This document shows positions 1-14,200 of a stretch of DNA of 64,000 nt, one piece after another. Positions within the stretch are counted from its first letter, which is position 1; every line of letters begins with the position of its first letter. The stretch is taken from the NCBI RefSeq assembly GCF_052425735.1, contig NC_135770.1, positions 17,112,001-17,176,000 on the forward strand, given 5' to 3'. The DNA is from Oculina patagonica (Eukaryota). The translations under genes were made by a program, and so were the position numbers. Under the pieces are notes generated by a model. The model made no database searches. It was given only the letters and a program-made list of their open reading frames with translations, and was not told the origin of the DNA.

Positions 1-982
1 TCATATAATGAAATATAATCATCGAGCCCAGAGAACGCAGCCGAAGAACACCTTCGGTGATTTTACCAAATATCCAGGAAGAGAGTGTTGCATGAACCAG
101 GAAGAGCCAAACCACCTAACTCTATTTCACTGACCTACCGTGCTCACGACTAAAAAACGAAGAAAATGCGAAGATCAACTTGTACTGCTGGTCAGTTGAC
201 GAATCAAGTAATCGCATGAAATACCAACATAAAATAGGAACCTTCGACGGAAATTAAGATGGACTAGAGAAAACTTGCAATCTTTTAGAAGCTTAAAGAC
301 GATCACCTAAAGTGGTCAACAAGACCGTGAAATTTAGATCGTCACAGGTGCACACAAACCCTTGCATGGGATACTGGTGATCAGGAATTTTGGACTCTCA
401 TCGACTCTCTTGTAAACCAAGCGGTTTTCATAAAACTATAATCATCGAGCCCAAAAAACGCAGCCGAAGAACACCTTCGGTGATTTTACCAAATATCCAG
501 GAAGAGTGTTGCATGAACCAGGAATAGCCAAACCACCTAACCCTATTTCACTGACCTGCCGTGCTTACGTCTAAAAAAACAAGGAGAATGCGAAGATCGA
601 CTAGTAGTGCTGGTTAGTTGACGAATAAAGCAATCGCGTGAAATACAGACGGAAATGAAAACTCCGTTAGAAATCGAAATGGTCTGAAAAAACTTGCAAT
701 CTTTAGAGGACGTTCACGTAAAGCGGTGAACAAAAACGTGAAATTTGGATCGACACAGGTGCACACAAACCCTTGCATGGGATACTGGTGATCAGGAATT
801 TTGGACTCTCATCGACTCTCTTGTAAACCAAGTGGTTTTCATATAATAAAATATAATCATCGAGCCCCAAAAACGCAGCCGAAGAACACCTTCGGTGATT
901 TTACCAAATATCCACAAAGAATGTTGCATGAACCAGGAAGAGCCAAACCACCTAACCCGATTTCACTGACTTGCCGTGCTTC
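1..982. repeat. Tandem repeat, ~411-423 bp unit, ~2.4 copies visible (runs off window start)
   Basis: ATCATCGAGCCC recurs at ~18, ~441 and ~855; the 79-bp block CACAGGTGCACAC...TGTAAACCAAG is identical at 343-421 and 754-832. Confidence 0.9.
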
Positions 983-2320
983 CTATTGTTTTCTGCGTTC
1001 TTTGTCAAAACGTTTCGATACGGCGAATTTCATTTGCCGGGTTTTCCGCAGTTGCTCCAACAATTTTAGTTGATGACAACTAAATTATGACAAGTCTGTG
1101 GATGCCCTTAGTTTCCATGCAAGTTGAAACCAACATATGACCTGACATCAACTTTGAAAAGAGCGCTGTTTACTTGGAAAAATTTAAGTTGACAAAGAAC
1201 AGCATCACGTAAAACGAAGCTTGAAACGAAGATTATTACTCTAAATTTCTCATTTGTTTTGTGGAAAAAATTAACTGGAATATCGATACAGTTTGAAAAA
1301 ACATTTTACTGAAATAAAAAAGCCATACGCATTGCGTTTATTCCACGGTAAATTTTGTCAGTGCGGATTAAATCTCTTGTAGCGGACATAGCTGTAGCGA
1401 TATCATTAAATGTTTTGGAAATTGTGTTCCTTTATCACGACTTCGAGCTTACATACATGTAAGATATCCAGCTTGCTTATTCAAGGACTTATTGACCAGT
1501 AGTCCAGTATTAAAGCGCAAATAAACCGACTAACCTTGCTGTCTTTGCTTTCAAAACCTCTTCTTGCACATTAACAAAGCCAACATAACTTTGTTTGTAC
1601 TCGTTTTCTTGGCTGGAAACAGCGGCTTAAACCCATTTATACTTTTGTGTCCTGTTTCACTAACTCCCAGCCATTTTCACGCAGTAAGCCAACTAAGTCT
1701 GGACTTGGAAAGCCGATCAGTTTGAAGTCGTAAACTTTATCGAAACGTGACATGCAACTCGAAGCACAAGCAGCAAATAATTAAAAACTTTGCATAAAAC
1801 CAACATTAGCATACACTGCACACGCCTGGAAAATAGGGAAATTCCATCATGCAGCGTCTGCAGAACAATACAAGCATTCAAGCGCACTGATTGCAAACAT
1901 CTTTGCTATTGTTTTCAAACTTCCAGACTAGAAGGATTGTTCTACACCCAACACTTCGCTAAAACACAGAAAGGGATATTGGAGAGAATTGTTAATTTAT
2001 GCATTCGATTTAACAACTAAAAAATGATTGTCCATCCTCTGTAAAAAAAAATCCATTGGGCGTATTCAATGGTTATATTCCAAAACACCGTCTACATTGT
2101 TCCGGATCAATTTGAACACGCAGTTTAATATTTGCCTTTGAAAACGGATAAAATGTTTTACTTCCACAATCCGGATAAAATTAAAAACGAACTCTACATC
2201 GCACGCAACTTTGCAACCCACAAGCGCAGATTTGTTTATGTTCATGACCTTTTGACGTATGCGTTTTCGCAAAGCCCCGTTTTCGTCTTCCACACTCCAC
2301 TACCGACACCAACTAGCGGT

Positions 2321-2479
2321 TAGCCTGCGTAGTTTTTTTTTTTTTTACAAAAGAGAGCGCGATCGCGAGAAGGCCACGCGAAGAAAAATCGAGGAAGATT
2401 TTTTCCTCGCGTGGCCCCCTCGCGCCTTTCGCGTTTCCCATACGCGCGCTCGAAACTACGGCGCCTGCTACGCATGCTA
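2321..2479. mobile_element. Non-autonomous DNA transposon (TAG..CTA termini, 9-bp TSD; AcademH-like)
   Basis: TIR TAGCCTGCGTAG / CTACGCATGCTA; perfect flanking duplication ACTAGCGGT at 2312-2320 and 2480-2488. Confidence 0.75.
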
Positions 2480-5084
2480 ACTAGCGGTGTTTTCAAATTC
2501 CCGCTTTCTGGTGGCTGTTTTTGAAAAGCCCCATTTTCTGTGACCGAAATCACCGTTTAGAAGTATGGACAGGGCCAAACCGGAAAAAGTAAGATGAGTT
2601 TTCAAATTTACCACACGTTTAACCTTTTACCATTTCATATTAGTGAAATGCAAGTTTAAAGGCGTTTCCTCGCCCACCAAGGGGATCAAATGGAGAGGTA
2701 TATTGTTCGAAAAACTGCGAAGGATAATTTTCAGCCTGGAAAGCAGTGTCAAATTTTTATACAAAAGCTGGAAAAAACATCGCTCAGGGACAGAGGTTAT
2801 ACTCCCGGGACAACTGTTCGGCTCCACAGCAAAGGGACGTGCATCTAAACTGTGGAGCAATTATAAAAAGAGAGAACATTTTGCGATAGGGGCAACCGTT
2901 TCAGATCGACTTAGGGAGGGGGGGGGGGGGGGGGGGGGAGAGGGATCCCAGCATGGGCCACTCATTTCTCCTCGTCAAATTTTCCTTTCAAGATTTATAT
3001 TTTTGTGAAACACTTCTAATGCTTCTACAACTCTTCATTTTCCACTTGAACCAGTTAAATTCCGGCGTTCACGCGATCAGTTTCACCGTAAACTCGGTAA
3101 ATTGCAGTTAAATTAAAACGCATTCCATGTGCAGAGGGGGGGGCCCGAGCCGGAGACAGAAGGGGAGTTTTGTGAAAACATGAATCGTGGCTAGTCTGAC
3201 GCAGCGTTTCCTTCACGCGGCCAAGGGACTCTTTAGAAAAAGTTTCAGCGAGTTTGCTAAGCAGAAAGATAACTGTCAACTTCTATATTTAACTTGACTT
3301 TTGCCATGGAAATGACTAAGGTATGCTCTATCTCACGTCATTTCATTCTTCCTTTGCCACAAAACCTAACAGAATAATATACTTATTATTAGCAATCAAT
3401 CTTTTCGGGAGAACTTAACTCAAGCTAACATCCTTTTAAAATTCTCGGGTAAAAAATTTTTTTTTTTTTTTTCCTAACTCGGAAATCATAAAAAATGTTC
3501 ATAACACAAACACAATGCTCTTTCTAATGATTTCTTGTTTGTCGTTAGATGATAGCTCCAAAAATTAAAGTTTCCAATGAAGCAAGGTCAAGTGTAGCCA
3601 AGGACTGCCATTATAAAGTAAAGACGATAATATGCTAAGGTGCTACGATCACGTAAACTGTTTCAGGGGGTACACGTGCGCAATGCAGCAAGTCACTGTT
3701 GTAGCTCGCAGAATACAGTCGGGGAAATAAGTGCCAGATATTAGAGGCAAATCGTAGGAGTCGTTGAAGCACTCGACAGAATTTCCGAATTATGGTTGCA
3801 TCCAAAACTACAAAAACTGGCGGCAAGCGCTCACGAGTACTCCAAAAAAGCTATCGCGCGTACAAATACATCATGTTGCTATATATAATACAACCGATGT
3901 GCACGGTCATGGACCTGCGCGCCTAGTCAGGGACTCATCGGTACGTTGATATTTGGGGATTCAAACCATTGCGCGAGACTTGTAGCAATGTGGCATCGTT
4001 GTTGAGTCTCAAGACGCATGGTTGATGAATACAACTACTGGCGCAAGTGCTCACGAGTACTGCAAAAGCTAGCGCGCGTATAGAAGGAATCGTGGTACTT
4101 AGCAACCTCTGGGACAAAAACCGCGGGCTCAGTCACTTCTCGGAGAAGTGATGTCGCCATCAACTGGCACTTGTTCTCCCGACTGGAATTCAGGTTTCCG
4201 TCGACTCCAGGTTACTTTATGCTTTTCATTCTCCATCGGTTACTGATATTTGTAACATTACATCGTCTAGACTGAAAAAATATATCGTTTAATATTGCTT
4301 TCAATTATTTTATTACAATGCTTTATAACTTTAATTTTATACATTTATATTATATATGCCATTCTTTTCTGTTAGATTTGTTTATCTGTATATAGGTATA
4401 AAATGTTATTTTTGTGTGAATATACTAAACCTTTGCATAAAGAAAAAGATCGATGTTTATCTATGTAAGTGTAAAGAACGTTCCTTTGAGAACGGAGCAA
4501 ACTTTTGGTTAAAAATACTGCAGTCTATTTTTGAAATATCCTTTGTTCTGAAATCATACCTCAAACGTCACAAAAGATAACCAGGAAAATCCAGCACGAC
4601 CTCATGTTTTGGATATTCAATGAGGCATCTCTTAACGAACGTTTTGCACGGAAATATCTGTTTTATCTGAGTAATGTTGACGTTATAAATTGATTCAAAC
4701 AATGACTATTTATCGAAAACATAGTGGTGACTTTTAGCTTATTACTTGTTTCAGTCAATTTGAACATGTACAACTTTGATAATGTTTCCTTTTTGGTTAC
4801 TAAATAATTTTGATTCCATATAATTTAACGAAATGATCAAGTTGAGACATTATAAAGTATAGGGGTAAAATACAGCGATTGTGTATAACTAATGTGGATA
4901 TTTGTAACGTCTTTTTATTGTCCAGTTAATAATTTTTCGTGGATCGATTTTAAATTAAGTGCGTATAATTAATGTTATTTGCCATCGTATCCATATGTTG
5001 GTTTTGGAAAACATTTTCTTAAGAAACCGTTGCACAAAAATCTATAGTAATAAAAATGCTTTGCCTTCCAAGGCAGACCGTTGC

Positions 5085-5213
5085 TTAGGAACAGAGAACA
5101 ATGTTGCCTGTGTCGCTACCAATCAGCAGCAGTCTGTTGAGTGGCAGGTACCCAAGACACGTGATACCACCGCGGAATACGTCACTGCTCAGCTTGTAAC
5201 TGATGTAAGGATC
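5085..5213 (-). CDS. WDR81: WDR81 last coding exon with TAA stop
   Basis: [42 protein letters not shown]. Confidence 0.9.
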   Translation of the reverse strand, partial: [42 protein letters not shown]

Positions 5214-8200
5214 CTGTGCAAAAAAAAAGAAGAAAAGTTGTTAGACAAAGAATCGTGTACAGACGCTGTTTAAAACACAACTCTGCTTAAAGAAGGAGAA
5301 GAAGAAAACAATGATCTATAGCGAGGTCCCCTAGCAGTTTTTCATATAAGCGGGTGGTTTCAGGCAAAAAAAAACGAGAAGGTCAGCTACCTGGCTCGTC
5401 AAATTACCAGAAAACTTCTGATGATTTCGTGGGAGCAGTGGGAATTTGGTCGAATTTGACACGTGGAATTCCTTGCTGACACCTAGCCTAAAAACCTAAC
5501 TGAAACGCTGCCCTAATGTACTGGCATAGCTTTTCACTCATAGAAAAGATGGACTCATGGAAAAAATGCAAAGAACTACATATAGGAAATGCTCAAACTT
5601 TGTGGGAAGCGCGGTGGCCTAATGGTTAGCGCGCTCGACTCCGAGTCGAACGGCCCGGGTTCGAGGCCTGGCCGGGGCGCTGCGTTGTGTTCTTGGGCAA
5701 GACACTTTACTCTCACAGTGCCTCTCTCCACCCAGGTGTATAAATGGGTACCGGCGAATTTACTGCTGGGGGGTAACCCTGCGATGGACTAGCATCCCAT
5801 CCAGGGGGGAGTAGCAATACTCCTAGTCGCTTAATGCTACGGAAACCGGGATAAGCTCCGGCTGTATGAGCCTCATGGCTCGGACACAGACTTTACCATG
5901 GAAAAAATGCAAAGAACTACATATAGGAAATGCTCAAACTTGTTCCCAAACCTACTAAGTTCTTTGCACGCGATGCGTGCCTATATCTCATAGTTAATGG
6001 CAGCGAAGGAGGGAGAAGGGATGACAAGCTAACCAGCAAGGTACCTCACCTCTGAGAGATCTTCCTGTAAGTTATGCACACCAATTCTACCGCTGATACT
6101 GGCTGAGATCACCTGGTCACGCCACACCAGTAGAGAGGGGAGAGGATCGCTGGGACCTGCAAAATAAAGAGCAATTTAATTTAAAACCATCTCGCATAAG
6201 GATCCCATCATCCTCTGTTCAAAGCGAGTCCTGGCGCAAAACGCTTTTACATGAAATACGTTTACTCAGATTTTCATTTTCGTGCAAAACAAGTCAGTTC
6301 CATTTTGAATCGTTTTCCAGCAGGCTTCGTTTTGAAACAGAAATATGCAAAAGGGAATTGGGAAGGCACTGCGAGAGTAAAAAAAGTTGAAAAATGGCTA
6401 TCAACAGTTTCTCATTTTCTCTGACATTACCTTTGAGTGTTTTCAAGCGTAACCCGTCATCTTTCCACAACGACAAACCAGAGTCTACAGATGATGTTAC
6501 AAACGATGTACTTGAGAAGGCTTTAACCTACAAAAATACGAATCGGTTAACACATAATTTTATTATATACTGTGCATTTTCTGTGCCATTATGCCAACCC
6601 TGGGATTCATGATATCTGCCGACTTGACAAAAGTTTTATAGCAAGTAGCCGTTAATCATACAGTGAGGCCATTCCTGTAGAAAATGCGAGGGAAGGAAAA
6701 AAATGAAGACCGCAAGAAATATCGTACAAACTCTAATTAGCCCCATGCACATAGTGGTTTTCAAGCTTTTTTCATAGCGGAGAAAAGGAGACTTAAAAGA
6801 AAGGAAAGAAGCTTAATCAAGTCATAATTAATCTAACACGTGAAAATATACGTAGCGGGCGTTTGAGAATATTTTAATATTAAACGTTTTACGTTAAACA
6901 ACAGCTTAACAAACACAAATCTAAAAATAAACTCAATGGACTGATAGCTCTAAAACCAAATGTACAGTTATTTCTAAATACAATTAGGAAATGTCCTAAT
7001 TGCCATTAGAGAGGGAAAGGAAGCTTGGTAGAATAGGATGAGTCTTATATAAAATTGAGATTAAAGGGCGAAGGGGAGGATGTTAAAAGGAGAGGACTTC
7101 GACTGTTGTGCTTGTTATACCTGAAGTATGTCGCCTGTATGAGCCCGCCTCTGGCTACGAAGCAGTCCACCACGGATATCCAGCACGGAAGCGAGGCCAG
7201 TTGAGAAACCAAAAGCGATCCACCTGCCATCAGGGCTACAACAAACGTCACGCACTGTGCCTGCCAAGTCACGCAGGAAAACATTGTATGGTTAAAACAG
7301 TTTGCGCGGATGAAAGTACAAAAGAAACATCAGGGCCCGGCCTTTCTGGCTGTTCAGGGCTTCCCCGATGTGCGTTGCAGACGAAGTAAACCTCGCATAT
7401 TTTGATCGTCACGCCATCTTTTAGCAAAAAGAAATGTGAGGTCCCAAATCATGGCTGTAAAGTTTACAAATGATGATCATCATCTTTTTAAATTCGGATT
7501 TGCTTCACGGCGGCCAAAGGACTTATTAAAAGTAAAAAGTTCTATCGGACAGACCTATCTGGCAACAAATTTTTTGAATTAATTTGTTCGCCATTAGTGC
7601 GAAATAGATGAAGATCAGCTTTAAGTATTCTTGTGAGGACGTTTAACAAGACAAAAGTACAGTATAACAAACCTGGTACACTACTGGTAGTAACTTTCCA
7701 CTCCGTAACAAAACTGTTCTGACGAACATCAAGAAACCTGCAAACAGATAATCAAGTTGGTAAAACACTTGCAACAAATAAACGGACAGATCTTCAAAAT
7801 ATTCTACAACTAAAACCCGTTGTTTCCATTTTTTGTATTCCATAATAACAAATGACTCGAAGTTACATGAAGACAAAAAGGAAACTTTCATTTCTTTCTT
7901 CGTAAGTTATGCCTTTTAAAACTAGGGCTCTCCTGTCCAGGGTTACCCCCAGCATCAAATTTGCCAGAACTCGTTTATACAACTGGGTGGAGAGAGTCAC
8001 GCGAGAGTCACGAGCTCGAACTAAGCTGCCCAACCCGGAGTTATACGCACTAACCATAAGGCAACCAGTCCCATACCTTGAGATATGAACGTCACTAACG
8101 TAACAAGGTCTCTCTCTCTACCCCCAAACAATCTTGTAAAAAGTAAAATCGTTTGCTGGTTAAAAGTTTGTAAAACTATTAGCCTTGCGCTGCCAACATA

Positions 8201-11200
8201 CAGGCTTACTCAAATTTAACCAGTGGGCGTTTTCAGCTTTTACAAATATGGTTAACCATATTTATTTACCATATTAATTTTTCACAGAGTAGTAATTTAT
8301 ACTATTTTGTAGTTCATTCGTTGGTTGGTTGGTTGGTTGGTTGGTTCACACTTTAGTCGTTAGAGTAAGAATTGACAAAATTCTCTCCATCCGTTATTTT
8401 TCTTCAATATTAACCTGGCAGTTCGTTCGTTCGTTCGTTCGTGCGTGCGTGCGTTCGTTCGTTCGTTCGTTCGTTCGTGCCTGCGTGCGTGCGTGCGTTC
8501 GTTCGTTCGTTCATTCGTTCGTTCGTTCGTTCGCCATCCTTTATTTTTCTTCAGTATTTACCTGGCAGTTCCTTCAGTCGTGGCCGCCACAACACATTGA
8601 CTTGGTGCTGGAAGGGTCGTCACGGCAGCTATAGGGTTGTTCCTAGGCTGGTCAAACACGCCGAGACAACGACCGGAGACTGGGTCCCACAACTGAAAGA
8701 AAAATTGATTTTGGGTTCTGAATGGGCCTTTTGCAGCTTACGGTCACATTGTACAACACTACAAAAACCGCCACGCTGAAGGGCAAGCTCCGCTATGGGA
8801 TATTCAAAACAAAGGAAAGTCAAGCATGACTGGTTGAAGTCGCTTTGTCTTGGATGTCCCAGTGCGTTGCTTGCCCTCCAGCAAGGTGTGATTTTGTACC
8901 ATGTGAACGTTAGCTGCAAAGGGCGAGCACGCAAAATTGGGACTGGTCAATATGCACGGAAGGAGACCGAGGGGATGACCTTTGAGAACATTTAAAAAGG
9001 TTGCTTTGCAAAAAAAAAAATAATAACGTGTGACACAAAAGAAAAACATTTTACGAAAAAACAACAACTTATATTTTCCTTTTTCCCACAACCTAGATAC
9101 TATACCACCAGTCACGTTTGTACTTACATTAAGCAATGAAAGGTCAGTTAACAGTTCAGTTATTGAGTTACAAAATCAAATGGGCATTGACGACACAAAA
9201 TGATAACTCACATGAAGGCTGCCATCACATGACACGGCTTGCCGCACGGACTCCACCATACCCACGTGAAACACGGGCCGCGTGTGCCGGTAGTACGTCC
9301 ACGAGCTTGCTGACTGGGCGGTGCCATCACCATGGTTGCTAAGCGACCACAGTTTGACAGTTTTGTCTTTACTGGCCGACAAAAAGCAGTGTTCACTATC
9401 CTGAACATAGACTGAACGGACTGGTCCACTGTGACCTGTGCAACGTAAAATTATCAAGATTATACTCCAACAGAGGGGAGGGTGCTTATGTGGCGAAGAT
9501 ATAGTGTTGACTGGCACCACTGGTGCGGGTACTATTTTTTTTTTTTTTTCATTCTCGTCCCTAGAGCCGCCTGTCCCTCTTACGAGGGGCCTTTGCACAA
9601 GGCAAATGTAACTCTGGGAACACATGATTTCATTGGCTATGTCATCTATTCCTGCACGTGAAAGATAAAATAACCTGGCTCCCAACGTGCAGCTTCATAG
9701 CTCAGTTGGTAGAGCATAGCCCCCGTATCGCGGATGTCACGAGTTCGAATCTCCTTGAAGCCCTGAATTTTTCAGGTTTCTTTTTCCCAATTCGTTACCG
9801 GTAAATTTACGGGTTAACGGTCAGGATTGTGTCATTACCCATTTACTCAGTCTGTTTTGTTCACCCTTGTACACTAGATATCGATTTCTCCTGTGGATAG
9901 TGTTATCCACCCTTTGAACAACTGAACCCGGGCATTATCGCAAAGGTCACGAGTTCGAGTCTCATCTAACATTATTTCATGGACTTCCCTTGCATTTCTG
10001 CTCCAATTGGGGGGATCATTTTCGGTTTCAAAGTTACAAGACTTGCTATTTTCTCCAAGAAGATAAGTAGTTGTATGCAGTAAACTCACCAGTAAAGGTC
10101 TGTAGTTTGACATGTTGAAGACTGAACTTGTTTCCCACCTTGCCCTTCACACCTGAATTAAACAAAACAAACATTATCATAGATTTCGTGGTGTCATTAA
10201 GTGACAGAAAGAAACCTTTGACTGTGCTATTAATTCCTCCCTCCCCACTCTTTTATCGTAGTCGTACAGTAAACAGAATCTATCACCCTTTAAAAGAAGC
10301 TTTGTGATGTATCTAGATTTTCTTCAATCTTAACCATCTTGGTTTGGTTCAGCTTTGTTTTGTTGTTAAATTTATGGTGTTTCTTTTTCACCTTAGTAAA
10401 CTGTCATTTTGTGATTTCGATCGATTTGGAAGCACAATTCTACAAATAGAAAAAAACGTAAAATATATTGTGACGTACTTTATTTTTTAGCCAAAAGAAG
10501 GCCAGGCGTCACTAAGTCTATTTCATAATAATAATATTTTCTGTACAAATTTTACATACTGTCGCATGCGACTTAGGTTCACAGCAACTTTTAACTTCTT
10601 CTAAACTCGCCCAACTGCGTTACATTGGCCGGTGTAAACAAGAGTGCTAGATTTCTATTACATGAATTTGAATAAGAAAATTTTACATACTGAGTTGGTT
10701 TTCCCAGTGAGTGAGCCAGCTACCACGGAGATACTGGTCAGAGGACGAGGAGGAGGGCCTGCCAGAAGATTAAGACAAATAATTTGTGAGGGGCGGAAAA
10801 GGGGAATGGCGAGCTAGATATCCTGACAAGCGAAGCTAAAGCACTACATAATTATTTTCTTGGGCGTGAATCAAGTGAAAGTTGTTAAAAGCTACTCTCC
10901 TCAATTGTTTGCCAGAACGGGGAAAAGGTTCTCTTATCACTAGAATCCAGGCTGAGATAGTTCAATGAGGGGTTGGCTAAAAATTAATATAATTATATAT
11001 GAATCAAAGCTTGTTGCGACTTACAAGTTCGTGGGTACATCCTTTGTCTTGGACAATTTTCTAAACCACATTTGTGGCTTAGGCTTTTTCTTGATCTTTT
11101 CTCCTTCCTTGCTTCCTTTCTTGTCCTGCAATCGTTCTTCAGCAGTGCTATCCGCGCCATGAGAGTCACCTACATCCGCAGAATCAACTTCGGATACTCC

Positions 11201-14200
11201 AACACCTACTGTGTGGTTACCATTCTCCTCCCCATCTTCTTCGTCCTCTGAAGCCCTGGTATCTTCACAAGTGGGGTGAGACAGCTGGACATCATGACTG
11301 CAGCACAAGTTCCAGATGAGGTCGTGGTTATGCAGTGAGGTTTCCATGTATTTGCTTCCCATGATGCCGCACAAGGGGACAAAAGCGTGGTGAGCTATCG
11401 CTGCGGAGAACGTCTGGCACAATTCCTCGTAAACCGGCGTGTTGTAGAGGTCTTCTTGAGCCCCTTTAGCACCGTCGTTTTCCTCGACACCTAAAGCATG
11501 ACAACAATGTTAGGGCGTTTTAAGTCATTCTTCTGATTACGTTCAAATTGAAGGGAACCACAAAACAGTAGTTTTCTAACGTACAAAAAAAACATGAGAG
11601 TACTAATAACAAGCGCAAAATAAATAAGGATGGTTTCGACTGACGAAGATAAAGATGGATTATGAACAACAAACTTGAAAAAAATTGCCATCAAGTTGAG
11701 TTGTCCGTGACGTACAGTAGCTCCTTTAAGGTTACTTTATCTGTTTAGACGCTAAGATAAGAATTATAACCCTTTTACAAGATAACCCCGGGGGGGGGGG
11801 GGGGGGGGACTGGAATAGTTACATTTTCACCAAAATTTCTTTCATTTGCATTGGACAGATTTTCTTTTTTCGTCTATTTTTTCTTTTTTTTATTGGCCTT
11901 ATTGCCGATTTTCCGAGAAACGACATCACTTCAATGTTTGAACCCTTACAGACCAGGTGGCTTATTTGCATTATAATATCAAAGTATCATGGCAGGTATC
12001 GTGAACATGGTCTATATAGTAAAATGTTAGAAAGTAGAATCGTGGTTTTATCAGACTATATATATCCTGCAAGAACGGCTCAGCGGCTGTCTAAGACATG
12101 AGAGGTTTACTCCATATACACGCACCTGAGGTGTCCTTCTCCTCTCTCCCCTCTGAAGCTCCTTCCACAGCATTTTCAGAATTTGTTTCATGCCCCACAG
12201 GCGAGGACTTCCCTTCCATCTCATTCATCTTAATCGTTCTCATGCGCTCCAGCTCGAAACACGAGAAAAACTGCTGTAGGGGAGCCGTCATGTTTTCTCG
12301 TGCCAGGTCTCTCTCCAGTTTTAAACACACAACCGTTAGGACATCAATGTAGCTCCGACAGATTGCCTGGCGCGCTGAAACACCGCCTGGAAACGTCAGG
12401 TTGTAAGATGACAAGATACGGATTACAGGTTGAAAGACGCCGGTCATTAGTTCAGCTTCGGTGTAGCTGGACAGAGTGTCACGTGATAAATAGGGAATGC
12501 AGTACTTGAGAAGTGACAGGACACCAGCCAGAGCAGCTTCACCTCTTTGCGTCACTTTGGTTTGCACTCCTCTAATCTAACAATATATAAAAAAGAAAAC
12601 AAATTTGATGATAAGACCAGATGTCCGTTATATTTAACGACTATAACGGACAACGGATATATATATGTATCAAACAACGGATATAACGATCAACGGGATT
12701 AACGAACGGATATAACAGCAGCTGCAACGAACAACGGAGCCAAGCGCGTTAGTTTACCCGGATAACCCTGTAGCCTGTTGTCACAAATCTATCAGTTTAA
12801 AGGTGGGGGTGTTACACGTGAAATTGTTTGGCAACTGGCAGTGCAACGTTTGTTGCATTGCGAGTTGCAAGGAAAATTGCGTCGTGAAACACGACCTTTA
12901 CACAACGGGTCTTTAGGTCTACACTTGTATTTATGCGGTCACTTACCGTTTTGTCGATATAGGGCAGGTATTGATTCAACATGAATGCTTCTCCATACAG
13001 GGTACAGAAATTACTCAAACAGAACAATAACCACTTGGCATTTCTATCGTTCACCATTTTTGTATCATCATCGTCATCATCTGATCCCACGTATCCCAAG
13101 TAACAGTGCGGTAACATGGTTAACAGTTGACTAGCAATGTACTTTGATGTGAGGACAGGCCCCAGACGAGGGGCCAGCCACACGATGCTCTCTGCTGCGA
13201 TACCTGAGATAGTTCCGGGGGTCAGCTCATCGTGTTGTTTTGGGGGCTTCTTTTCCTGCTGCACAGTTTTAGATTTGGTGCCATTGTAGAACGTGTTGAT
13301 TTGATAGGCTGATGGCTCGTCCTTTGTAGCCTCTTCATCTTCTGGCTCTAGCATTGCATTACCCTGTGAGTCATCTTCGCTAGAGGATTCTTCATCTTCT
13401 TCAGACGCCAGATTTTCCTCCGCCGGTAAACCGATCTCTTCAAGGCTATCCTCCCCATTGCCGTTAGATTCTTCAATGTCCTCCTCCTCATCATCATCAA
13501 CGGACCCATCTGGATTTCTGTCACCAACATCTTCTTCATTAAATTCCTCCATTGCTCCAACTCCTTTGTCCTTCGTTTTTGTCTGAAGAATCACATTCCT
13601 GGCCACCATGTTGTTCACTCCAATTTCGTGTCCTGCCTTCCCAGTTACCGACGAATCAGAGATTTCATTTTCTAACTCTTGCAATTCTACGTCTCCCTTA
13701 TTCACATCAAGATCTTCTTCTTCGCTTTGCAGCAACTCCATTTCTAGGTCATTCCTGTTGTTGGCTTCAAACTCTACAGATTTTCGTTTCTTCTGAATTG
13801 CACCAGATGAAGGCTCATTTTCAGACAGAAGGTATTTGTCTTCTACATCAATGATGTCAAAATTGTTGGCATTACCATTGCCTGTACCAACAGCAGGAGA
13901 AGTAAAACTGTCGTTCACATCAATAGCGCCATCACCGGCACCTCTTTGTTGAGAAACAACATCACGGACGTTGTCAATGCCGGCAAACTTGCCAGACCGA
14001 ATTCCGTCATCTACTTCATCTGCGACAGGATCATCGTCATCTGAAATATGTCCCTGAAACAACCGTCCCTCGCCTTCTTCGTCGATAATGCCCCTTGGTA
14101 ACAGTGTCACTTGTTCAGCAATCTCGTCATCTTTATCATCGTCATCCCGAACTTGACCAAGATTATGGCGGCTGACTGCGAAATTTCCCTGCGTCTCGAG

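Noticed and set aside
1-982. CRISPR-like or protein-coding repeat
   Set aside because: Eukaryotic context, unit ~415 bp, spacers homologous to each other, frame-breaking indels between copies
8329-8779. ORFs rich in VRSF/VRAC
   Set aside because: Translation of the (GTTC)n microsatellite, antisense to WDR81
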